50,080 nt of DNA from assembly GCF_004571065.1 (NCBI RefSeq), contig NZ_SPQN01000020.1, positions 1-50,080 on the forward strand, read 5' to 3'. The DNA comes from Geodermatophilus sp. DF01-2. GTDB taxonomy: Bacteria; Actinomycetota; Actinomycetes; Mycobacteriales; Geodermatophilaceae. Position numbers and translations under genes: made by a program. Shown here in pieces: positions 7,345-15,144 of the stretch (within the stretch, counting starts at the first letter, position 1; each line of letters opens with the position of its first letter). The notes under the pieces are model-generated. The model had not been told where the DNA came from, did no database searches, and was given only the letters and a program-made list of their open reading frames with translations.

Positions 7345-8822
7345 CAGGACGCCGTCCCGGCGGGCGCGACCACCGGCGGGTCCACCGTGACCGTGGACGT
7401 CGCGCCCGACCGGGAGGTCTTCACCCAGGTGTAGGGGCGGCCGAGCATGCCGTCGACGTAGGCGCGGGTGGTGATCCAGATGGACAGCGCGAACGCGGGC
7501 AGGAAGCCGAGCAGCCGCCAGGCGGCCCGCCGCTCCACCCGGCCGATGAGCAGCCCCACGGACAGCTCGGCCAGGGGGCCGACGAAGAGCAGCATCGACA
7601 ACGGCAGCAGCGCGACGATCGGCAGGTCGCCGATGCCGAAGGCGCGCAGCACGGTCAGCAGCAGGCCGATCCCGCTGAGCAGCGGCACGTGGTAGACGAG
7701 CAGGAAGAGCGTCGTCTCGACCTTCTCGACCAGCGACAGGTGCGGGCACCGCATCAGCGGGCGCCAGTAGTCGCGGAAGCACTTCTGGTGGCCCCGGGCC
7801 CAGCGGTACCGCTGCTTCCAGAAGCGCTGGGCGCTGACCACCGCCTCCTCGAAGTCGACGGCGGAGAGGTCGTACCGGACGCGCTGGCCGGCCAGCAGCA
7901 CCCGCAGCGTCAGGTCGGTGTCCTCGGTGACCGTGTGCGGGTTCCACCCGCCGAGCGCGCGGAGCGTGGACATCCGCACCGCGCAGTTGGCCCCGCCGTA
8001 CGCGGGCAGCTCGAACAGCGCCTGCCGGCCGTACTCGTTGACCAGGTAGCCGGAGAGGAAGTCGACGAAGACCGTCGAGGCCATCTGCGAGTCGCGGCCG
8101 TTGCGGATGACGCAGCGCCCCATCACCGCGCCGACGACCGGGTCGCGGAAGTGGCGGACGAGACGGCGCAGCGCCGTCGGCTCCGGCTCGTGGTCGGCAT
8201 CGAAGACCACGGCGACCTCGGCGTCCACCAGGTGGAGGGCGTCGTTGAGCGCGCCGGACTTCCCGCCGCCGGAGCCCGGCGGCCGGTGCAGCACCCGCAG
8301 CCGCGGCTCGCGGGCGGCCCACGCGTCCAGCCGGGCGCCGGTGCTGTCGTCCGAGCCGTCGTCGACGACGACGAGGGTGAGCCGGTCGGCCGGGTAGTCG
8401 AGCGCGAGCAGCGCGGTGACCATCCCGTCGACGACGAGCTCCTCGTTCTTGCAGCCGACGAAGACCGCGACCGTGGGCGTGTAGGTGGACAGCCCGACGT
8501 CGGCGGCCAGCATGTCCCGCTCGGCCCAGCGGGCGGCGGCCACCGCGAACCCGAGGTGCCGGCAGAAGTAGATGCCGAAGACGACGTTGAGCACGCCGGC
8601 GACGACACCGAGGGTCTCGTCGAGACCGTGGAAGAGGGCCACCATGGCGAAGCCGCAGGCGTAGGCGAGCAACACCAGTGGCCGGCCCTCGGGCCGGCCG
8701 GCGTGGGGGTCCCCGGCGGGCGCGCCGCCTCCTGGGGGGACGGCAGCCGGGGGGACGTCGGCCGCAGGCGGGGGCCCGGGGCCGAGCGTCGACGGTCCGC
8801 GGACCACGGCCTCCCCTCCCAC
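7344..8822 (-). CDS. Processive family-2 glycosyltransferase (PgaC/IcaA/NodC/cellulose-synthase-like), membrane-embedded.
   Basis: VVDDGSDDST, DADHEP (D,D,D motifs), TEDTDLTLR and QRYRWARG (QxxRW) followed by C-terminal TM helices. First gene of the operon. The start may be the internal Met (MVALFHG, ~8648) rather than 8822. Confidence 0.75.
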   Translation of the reverse strand: MGGEAVVRGPSTLGPGPPPAADVPPAAVPPGGGAPAGDPHAGRPEGRPLVLLAYACGFAMVALFHGLDETLGVVAGVLNVVFGIYFCRHLGFAVAAARWAERDMLAADVGLSTYTPTVAVFVGCKNEELVVDGMVTALLALDYPADRLTLVVVDDGSDDSTGARLDAWAAREPRLRVLHRPPGSGGGKSGALNDALHLVDAEVAVVFDADHEPEPTALRRLVRHFRDPVVGAVMGRCVIRNGRDSQMASTVFVDFLSGYLVNEYGRQALFELPAYGGANCAVRMSTLRALGGWNPHTVTEDTDLTLRVLLAGQRVRYDLSAVDFEEAVVSAQRFWKQRYRWARGHQKCFRDYWRPLMRCPHLSLVEKVETTLFLLVYHVPLLSGIGLLLTVLRAFGIGDLPIVALLPLSMLLFVGPLAELSVGLLIGRVERRAAWRLLGFLPAFALSIWITTRAYVDGMLGRPYTWVKTSRSGATSTVTVDPPVVAPAGTAS

Positions 8823-9062
8823 CCTCGGCGGCCTGTGGCGGAGCGCGGACTCCGCCGTTGTGCGTCATCGGCACGGAGCGGACGTGGCTCAAGTCGAAGC
8901 CCCCGGCACCCGGGCAGCTGGGCCGCCCGGAGGGAGCGGCACGCCACCTGCTGACCCCGGCGGGGGAACCGGCCGTCCCGCCGGCTCAAGTCCTCCTCCG
9001 TTCGTGCCGTCGGGGAAGCGGGACGTGCGCGGGGACGGACGTCCGCGATCAGGGAGGAAGCC

Positions 9063-10673
9063 GTGGGCATGCCGACGCCGGGCAACCGGCCGGAGACACT
9101 CACCGGGCTGCGGTCGGCCGTGGCCCGCGAGGCGGCCGTGGTGGCGCTGCTCACGCTCGTCGTCGCGGTGGCGAGTGGGCTGTGGGACCTGCCCGGACGG
9201 GTCTGGGCCTGGTCGCGGTCGACCGTCGGCCCGCTGGACGACGTCGTCCTGCTGCTGGCCGTCTCGCACCTGTTCATGGTCTTCTTCGGGAAGCGGCGCG
9301 CCGCCGACCTCAAGGCCGAGTGCGTCCGTCGGGAGCAGGCCGAGCGGGACCTGCGCGAGCGAGCGCGCACGGACCCGCTGACCGGCCTGCTCAACCGGGC
9401 CGGACTGGCCGAGGAGCTCGCCGCAGCGGTCGACGACGTGGCCTCCGGCGGCCGGGAACTGGCCGTCGTCATGCTGGACCTCGACCGGTTCAAGGAGGTC
9501 AACGACACCCTGGGACACGCCGTCGGGGACGCGTTGCTGCGCGCCGTCGCCGACCGGCTGGCCGGCGAGCTGCGCCAGGACGACGTGCTCGCGCGGCTGG
9601 GTGGTGACGAGTTCGTGGTGCTGCTCCGCGGCGCCGCCCCCGACGCCGTCCATCGCAGCACCGGCCGGCTGCTCGACGCGCTCCGGCTCCCCTTCGAGGT
9701 CGACGGCCTCGCCCTGGAGGTCGACGGCAGCCTGGGCGTGGCCACCTCCGGTGCCGACCCGGCCGAGCTCCTGCGCGCCGCGGACGTGGCCATGTACGCC
9801 GCCAAGGCCGACCGGCGCGGGGTCGTCGTCCACTCGCCGGAACTGGACCGGCACGACCCGGCCCAGCTGCGCGTCTTCGGCGACCTGCGCCGCGGCATCC
9901 GCGACGGTGAGCTGCGCGTCCACTACCAGCCCAAGGCCGCCCTGCTCGACGGGCAGGTGCGGGGCGTGGAGGCCCTGGTCCGGTGGGAGCACCCGGAGCG
10001 GGGCCTGCTCCCCCCGGCGGAGTTCATCGGCCTGGCCGAGGCCACCGGGCTCATCCGTCCGCTGACCGACGTCGTCCTCGCCCGGGCGCTGGCCGACTGC
10101 CGCCGCTGGCGCGCCGAGGGCCGGGCGCTCACCGTCGCGGTGAACCTGTCCGCCCGGGTCCTGCTCGACACGGCGCTGCCCGAACGGATCGCCGGGCTGT
10201 TGTCCGACCACGACCTGCCGGCGGCCTGCCTGGAGCTGGAGGTCACCGAGAGCGCGGCGATGCAGGACCCCACCCAGGCGCTCGACGTCCTGCACCGGCT
10301 GCGCGCGCTCGGCGTGACGCTGTCCGTGGACGACTACGGCACCGGGCACGCGTCGCTGTCCTACCTGAGCCGCCTGCCGGTCAGCACGCTCAAGATCGAC
10401 CGCTCCTTCGTCTCCACCATGGAACTCGACGACGACGGGCAGGTCATCGTCCGCAGCACCATCGAGCTGGCGCACGCCCTCGGGCTGCGGGTGGTCGCCG
10501 AGGGGGTCGAGACCCGACGGACGTGGGAGCGGCTGGTCGCGTTCGGCTGCGACGAGGCCCAGGGGTACTGGCTGGGCCGGCCGGGTCCGGCCGAGGAGGT
10601 GGTCGCGCAGGTGGCCGCGATCGAGTCCTCGACCACCGGGTCCGGCCCGGCGCCGGCGGCGCTGCGCTCCTGA
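9063..10673 (+). CDS. Membrane-anchored GGDEF-EAL protein (diguanylate cyclase/phosphodiesterase).
   Basis: Two N-terminal TM helices; RLGGDEFVVLL (GGDEF); EAL-domain blocks (YQPKA...EALVRWEHPERGLL, ELEVTESAA, DDYGTGH). RBS GGGAGGA lies before the GTG at 9063 (ATG at 9069 is an alternative). Confidence 0.85.
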   Translation: MGMPTPGNRPETLTGLRSAVAREAAVVALLTLVVAVASGLWDLPGRVWAWSRSTVGPLDDVVLLLAVSHLFMVFFGKRRAADLKAECVRREQAERDLRERARTDPLTGLLNRAGLAEELAAAVDDVASGGRELAVVMLDLDRFKEVNDTLGHAVGDALLRAVADRLAGELRQDDVLARLGGDEFVVLLRGAAPDAVHRSTGRLLDALRLPFEVDGLALEVDGSLGVATSGADPAELLRAADVAMYAAKADRRGVVVHSPELDRHDPAQLRVFGDLRRGIRDGELRVHYQPKAALLDGQVRGVEALVRWEHPERGLLPPAEFIGLAEATGLIRPLTDVVLARALADCRRWRAEGRALTVAVNLSARVLLDTALPERIAGLLSDHDLPAACLELEVTESAAMQDPTQALDVLHRLRALGVTLSVDDYGTGHASLSYLSRLPVSTLKIDRSFVSTMELDDDGQVIVRSTIELAHALGLRVVAEGVETRRTWERLVAFGCDEAQGYWLGRPGPAEEVVAQVAAIESSTTGSGPAPAALRS

Positions 10674-10697
10674 GTCGACGGGGTCGGCCGGCCGCCG

Positions 10698-11117
10698 TCA
10701 GACCGGAGCGCCGCGGACCGGGACCTCCAGCTCGGCCAGCAGCCCGCGGATCCGGAACCCGATCTCGTCCCGGATGGGGCGCACCGACTCGACGCCCTTG
10801 CCGGCCGGGTCCTCCAGCGCCCAGTCCAGGTAGCGCTTCCCCGGGAGGACCGGGCAGGCGTCACCGCAACCCATGGTGATCACCACGTCGGAGGCCTCGA
10901 CCGCCGCAGGAGTGAGCACCTTCGGCTGCTGGCCGGTGATGTCGATGCCGACCTCGGCCATCGCCTCGACCGCCGCGGGGTTGACCCGGTCGGCGGGCAG
11001 GGAGCCGGCCGAGCGGACCTCGACGGCGTCCCCCGCGAGGGAGCGCAGCCAGCCGGCGGCCATCTGGGAGCGGCCGGCGTTGTGCACGCAGACGAACAGG
11101 ACGCTGGGCTTGCTCAC
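10698..11117 (-). CDS. arsC: Arsenate reductase, low-molecular-weight phosphatase family (ArsC).
   Basis: 139 aa; VLFVCVHNAGRSQMAAGW P-loop and ...DVVITMGCGDACP. GTG start in a GTGA overlap with the acr3 stop. Confidence 0.8.
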   Translation of the reverse strand: MSKPSVLFVCVHNAGRSQMAAGWLRSLAGDAVEVRSAGSLPADRVNPAAVEAMAEVGIDITGQQPKVLTPAAVEASDVVITMGCGDACPVLPGKRYLDWALEDPAGKGVESVRPIRDEIGFRIRGLLAELEVPVRGAPV

Positions 11118-12232
11118 GGAGTGCTCCTGACGGGAACGGTCGGGTCGCCGGGGAAGAAGCGGCGGGCGGCCCACAGGGCCACGTGGACCAGCGCGACCAG
11201 GACCGGCACCTCGATCAGCGGGCCGACGACGCCGGCGAGAGCCTGGCCGCTGGCGACGCCGAAGGTGCCGATGGCCACGGCGATGGCCAGCTCGAAGTTG
11301 TTGCCGGCGGCGGTGAAGGCCAGCGTCGAGGTCTTCGCGTAGCCCAGGCGCAGGCGCATCCCGAGCAGGAACGAGCCGCCGAACACGAGCGCGAAGTAGG
11401 CCAGCAGCGGCAGCGCGATCCGGACGACGTCCCAGGGCCGCGAGGTGATCGTCTCGCCCTGCAGCGCGAAGAGCACCACGATCGTGAACAGCAGGCCGTG
11501 GAGGGCGATCGGCCCGATCCTGGGCAGGAATCGGCTCTCGTACCAGGCACGGCCCCCCGTGCGCTCCCCGACCGTGCGGGTGAGGAAGCCGGCGAGCAGC
11601 GGGATGCCCAGGAAGACCAGGACCGAGAGCACGATCGCCCCGACGCTGAACTCGGCCGACGTCGTCGGCAGGCCGAGCCAACCGGGCAGCACCTGGAGGT
11701 AGAACCAGCCCAGCGCCGCGAAGGCGGCGATCTGGAAGACCGAGTTGATCGCGACCAGCACCGCGGCGGCCTCCCGGTCGCCGCAGGACAGGTCGTTCCA
11801 GACGAGGACCATGGCGATGCACCGGGCCAGGCCGACGATGATCAGCCCGGTGCGGTACTCGGGCAGGTCGGGCAACAGCAGCCAGGCCAGGGCGAACATC
11901 AGCGCCGGGCCGACCACCCAGTTGAGCACCAGGCTGGCGACCAGCAGCCTCCGGTCACCGGTCACCCGGCCCAGCTCGGAGTACCGGACCTTCGCCAGCA
12001 CCGGGTACATCATCAGCAGCAGGCCGACGGCGATCGGCAGGCTGACGTTGCCGACCTCGACCGCGGACAGGACGTCGCCCAGGGCGGGGACCCAGCGGCC
12101 CAGCGCCAGGCCGAGCGCCATCGCGGCGACGATCCAGACCGGCAGGAAGCGGTCCAGGGTCGACAGCCGCGCGAGGACCGGCGTCTCGACGTCGGTGGCC
12201 GGGCGTGGGGTCTCGGCGACGGTGTCGCTCAT
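11114..12232 (-). CDS. acr3: Arsenite efflux transporter, ACR3 family.
   Basis: 372 aa, ~10 TM helices, with characteristic ACR3 blocks (LLMMYPVLAKV, VLNWVVGP, TAAGNNFELAIAVAI). Confidence 0.85.
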   Translation of the reverse strand: MSDTVAETPRPATDVETPVLARLSTLDRFLPVWIVAAMALGLALGRWVPALGDVLSAVEVGNVSLPIAVGLLLMMYPVLAKVRYSELGRVTGDRRLLVASLVLNWVVGPALMFALAWLLLPDLPEYRTGLIIVGLARCIAMVLVWNDLSCGDREAAAVLVAINSVFQIAAFAALGWFYLQVLPGWLGLPTTSAEFSVGAIVLSVLVFLGIPLLAGFLTRTVGERTGGRAWYESRFLPRIGPIALHGLLFTIVVLFALQGETITSRPWDVVRIALPLLAYFALVFGGSFLLGMRLRLGYAKTSTLAFTAAGNNFELAIAVAIGTFGVASGQALAGVVGPLIEVPVLVALVHVALWAARRFFPGDPTVPVRSTP

Positions 12233-12344
12233 GGGACGGCACGGTCCTTCCGGACGGGGGAGCTCGGGCGGGCATCGACCCGCATCGATCCCTCAGCCTG
12301 CCCGGCGCATCGACGCCCGTCAATCTCGTCGGCATACTGGTCCC

Positions 12345-12719
12345 GTGAGCGTCGACGCCACTCCCCCGCCGGCCGCCGTCTGCTGCGCCCCGCTGGTTCG
12401 CCGTCCACTCTCGACCGAGGAGGCCACCGACCTCTCCCGGCTGCTCAAGGCGATCGCCGACCCCGCCCGGCTGCGGCTGCTCTCCCTGGTCGCCGCCCAC
12501 ACCGGCGGCGAGGCCTGTGCCTGCGACCTCACCGAGCCGCTCGGCCTGTCCCAGCCGACGGTGTCGCACCACCTCAAGGTGCTCGTGGACGCCGGGCTGC
12601 TCACCCGGGACAAGCGCGGCGTCTGGGCGTACTACGCGCTCGTCCCGGGGGCCCTCGACGCCTTGGCCGGGGTGCTCAGCACCGCCGACGCCGGGAGCCT
12701 GCCCCCGTCCGCCTGCTGA
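12345..12719 (+). CDS. arsR: ArsR/SmtB-family metalloregulator.
   Basis: 124 aa from the GTG at 12345. LLKAIADPARLRLLSLV...CACDL...LSQPTVSHHLKVLVDAGL (HTH and metal-binding Cys). Divergent from acr3-arsC. Confidence 0.8.
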   Translation: MSVDATPPPAAVCCAPLVRRPLSTEEATDLSRLLKAIADPARLRLLSLVAAHTGGEACACDLTEPLGLSQPTVSHHLKVLVDAGLLTRDKRGVWAYYALVPGALDALAGVLSTADAGSLPPSAC

Positions 12720-12904
12720 CGTCTCGCCGGAACCGCCGGCGTACCGGAAAATCCCGTGGCGCCCGCACCGTGAGCATCGGCCGATTCTCGATGTCGACGA
12801 GTAGGTCCCCGGCCGATCACCCACCCAGGACGGCGCAGCGAGGCCGAGACCGGGATCTGTCGGCCCGGCCGTGCCACCTGCAGGCCCGCATCGATCACTC
12901 CTCG

Positions 12905-12923
12905 GATCACCCCTTGGGTGATC
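12905..12923. promoter_or_regulatory. Perfect inverted repeat gatcaccc-ctt-gggtgatc, ~70 bp upstream of the Panacea-domain gene; an extra GATCAC half-site lies just upstream.
   Basis: Read directly from the sequence. Position fits an autoregulatory operator of the downstream TA-like pair. Confidence 0.35.
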
Positions 12924-12995
12924 GCGACCCGCGCATCCGGATCCAGCGGTACAGCCGGGCGGGACTCATCACACCCGAGCTGTAGCATCGAACGC

Positions 12996-13613
12996 ATGTT
13001 CGATGCGGCGAGGCCCACACACCCCCGAGGCGAAACTGGCTACTCTCCGGGCGTGGCCTTCGTCAGCGCGCACGTGATCGCGGAAGAGTTGCGCCGCAGG
13101 CTCCCCGGACTTGGCAAGAAGAAGCAGCACAAGCTGCTGTACTACTGCCAGGGTCACCACCTCGCCACATTCGGTGAGCCGATGTTCCGAGAGACCATCT
13201 CCGCTTGGGACATGGGACCAGTGGTCGGGCAGCTCTGGTACGAGGAGCGGACCGGAGAGGTCCCCATGAACCTCGAAGAACTCGATGAAGCCACGCTCAA
13301 CACGATTGGCTATGTCATCAGCCGCTACGGCGCGTTGTCGGGGGCCGATCTGGAGCACTTGACCCACAGCGAGGCCCCCTGGCGCGAGGCCAATCGAAGT
13401 CGGCGCCCCGGCGAGAGCGTCAGGATCCCGAACGAATCCATCCGCTCCTACTTCGAGGTTGCGGACGAGGACGAGGGCGACAGTCAGACGCCCCCACCCG
13501 ACTCCCACGCGGTGACCACTTGGCTGAAAGATGTCAATCCCCGCCATGCCCAACAGTCGCGGCCTCGGGATTCCATCGAAGCCTTGCGCCGTTTCCTGTC
13601 GGCCGGTGACTAG
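12996..13613 (+). CDS. Panacea (DUF4065, SocA-like) domain protein; putative antitoxin.
   Basis: KLLYYCQGHHLATFGEPMFRETISAWDMGPVV matches the DUF4065/Panacea core. Local GC is noticeably lower than the flanking DNA. The start was set at the internal ATG (MFDAARP). Confidence 0.65.
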   Translation: MFDAARPTHPRGETGYSPGVAFVSAHVIAEELRRRLPGLGKKKQHKLLYYCQGHHLATFGEPMFRETISAWDMGPVVGQLWYEERTGEVPMNLEELDEATLNTIGYVISRYGALSGADLEHLTHSEAPWREANRSRRPGESVRIPNESIRSYFEVADEDEGDSQTPPPDSHAVTTWLKDVNPRHAQQSRPRDSIEALRRFLSAGD

Positions 13614-13905
13614 CTCCGGGCTCCCATGGATTTCTGAAGGCTTCGATGAATGCCTCCAGACCTGGGATGAACTCGAGCGCCCGCCGGACGATCTCCGTTC
13701 ATGGGTCGTCGAATGGATCTTCACGCGCCTGGACGATCCATACCAGGGCGTCAAGCGAGAACCTGGCTTTCCCAACCTGTGGTGGGGCGTCGTGCCCGGC
13801 ACGCTGCACCGCGACGGCATGGTGGTGGTCTGTAGCTACTGGGTCGTCGAGTTGGCTCACATTGTCCGCTGCGAGAGCCTCGCCAGTCTCAGCTGGCCGG
13901 TGTAG
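13606..13905 (+). CDS. Small ParE/RelE-superfamily-like protein; putative toxin partner.
   Basis: 99 aa from a GTG overlapping the upstream stop by 8 nt. The C-terminal pattern ...GFPNLWWGVVPGTLHRDGMVVVCSYWVVELAHIVRCESL resembles the RelE/ParE fold consensus (G..r.R.g.yRiiY.v.d....V..v.hR). Fold assignment is by eye. Confidence 0.45.
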   Translation: MTSSGLPWISEGFDECLQTWDELERPPDDLRSWVVEWIFTRLDDPYQGVKREPGFPNLWWGVVPGTLHRDGMVVVCSYWVVELAHIVRCESLASLSWPV

Positions 13906-14173
13906 GCAGGGAGCTCGGCAGCCCGCGAGGACCTGAGGTCGGCGGCTCGATCGAGTGACGTTCAGCAGTAGCCGAAGTCGCGTTTCGCGAGGCGGCCGAG
14001 GTCCATGGCTCGCTCGGCGACGCTCCGCGTCGGGCGGTGAACGCCTGTCCCATGCGCCCGCGCCGGCGGAACGGTCTCTCCGCCCGGCCTGCCGGCATCC
14101 GTCAACACCCCGCACGGGGTGCTGACGGATCCGCGGCGGTGATGCGTGCCCTTGGCTGCTCCGCGCTGATCGC

Positions 14174-14853
14174 TCAGCCTGCGGGCCGGACGCCCGGCTC
14201 CGCGCCGTGGGTGGTCGAGAGCACGACGGTCGCCCCGCGCCGGCCTCCACGGCCTGCAGCGTGCGGAGCTGGAGCAGCGCGGGCTGCTCGGCCACCATCC
14301 GGGCGGCGTTGGCCAGCGCCCTGGTGGCCGCCACCTCCGAGCGCGCCCGCTCCAGCGCGGCCTGCCCCTGCGCGCGGGCGGTCGCGACCTCGGCGGCTGC
14401 CCGCCGCAGCTCGGCGGGGACCATCACGTCGCGCAGGAAGAGGCTCTCGACGACCACGCCGACCGCCTCGGCCGCCGTCCCGACCCGCTCCCGCACGTCC
14501 TGCGGGACGGTGTCCCGCGCGGTCAGCAGCTCGTCGAGCGTCCGGCCGGCCACCGCCTCGCGCAGAGCGACCTGCAGTGCCGCGTAGACGAAGGCATCGG
14601 TGTCCTCCACGACCTCGTACCAGCGCCGCGGGTCGGCCGTCCGGCAGGCGACGGTGAGACTGACCTTAACCGACAGGCCGTCGGCGGTGAGGACCTCCTG
14701 GCCGGGGACGGCGAGCAGCCGGGGCCGGACGACCACGCGGACGCGGCGGCGCCGCCATCGCAGCCGGCGGTGCCGGCCCGGCTCGAGCGTCTCCTCGAAC
14801 CGGCCGTCCCGGTAGAGCAGCACGCGTTCCCACTGCTGCACCACGATCCGCAT
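14174..14853 (-). CDS. SPFH/band-7 domain protein with an apparent frameshift near 14229-14242.
   Basis: MRIVVQQWERVLLYRDGRFEETLEPGRH...AQGQAALERARSEVAATRALANAARMVAEQPALLQLRTLQAVEAGAG is SPFH-like. After GAGAG the annotated frame degenerates into R/S/P-rich junk that continues to 13699. A frame shifted at the CCCCG run instead gives the family-typical ending ATVVLSTTHGAEPGVRPAG and a stop near 14174. RBS GAGGAGGG before the ATG at 14853. Confidence 0.5.
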
Positions 14854-15144
14854 CCCGCTGCCCTCCTCTCGGTCGTCCCGCGCGCGGTGACCGCCCGGCG
14901 CACCGTCGGGCGCCGGCGAGGAGCGCACGGGTCGCTGCAGACCGCCGGAACCGGGATGACCGCGCGTCGGACGGCCTCGGGAGTCGAACCCGCGCGTCGG
15001 ACAGACGCTCGACCATCTGGCACGCCGTGACCGACCCGCAGGACCCGCGGCGGCGATGCCGCCCGGCTGCTGGTCACGGGCGAGCGGGACGGTAGCCGCG
15101 GACGGCGGTCGGGCCCGCCCTCTCTTCCCGGCGACCGGGGCACG

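Noticed and set aside
6394-9898. Long ORFs 6394..7434(+), 7689..8954(+), 8123..9898(-), 6749..7390(+).
   Set aside because: Alternative frames or antisense to the exosortase-like, GT2 and GGDEF-EAL genes; no motifs and compositionally biased.
13699-14173. 3' continuation of the SPFH ORF to 13699 as given in the ORF track.
   Set aside because: The translation after GAGAG becomes R/S/P junk and overlaps the toxin gene. A frameshifted reading ends properly near 14174.
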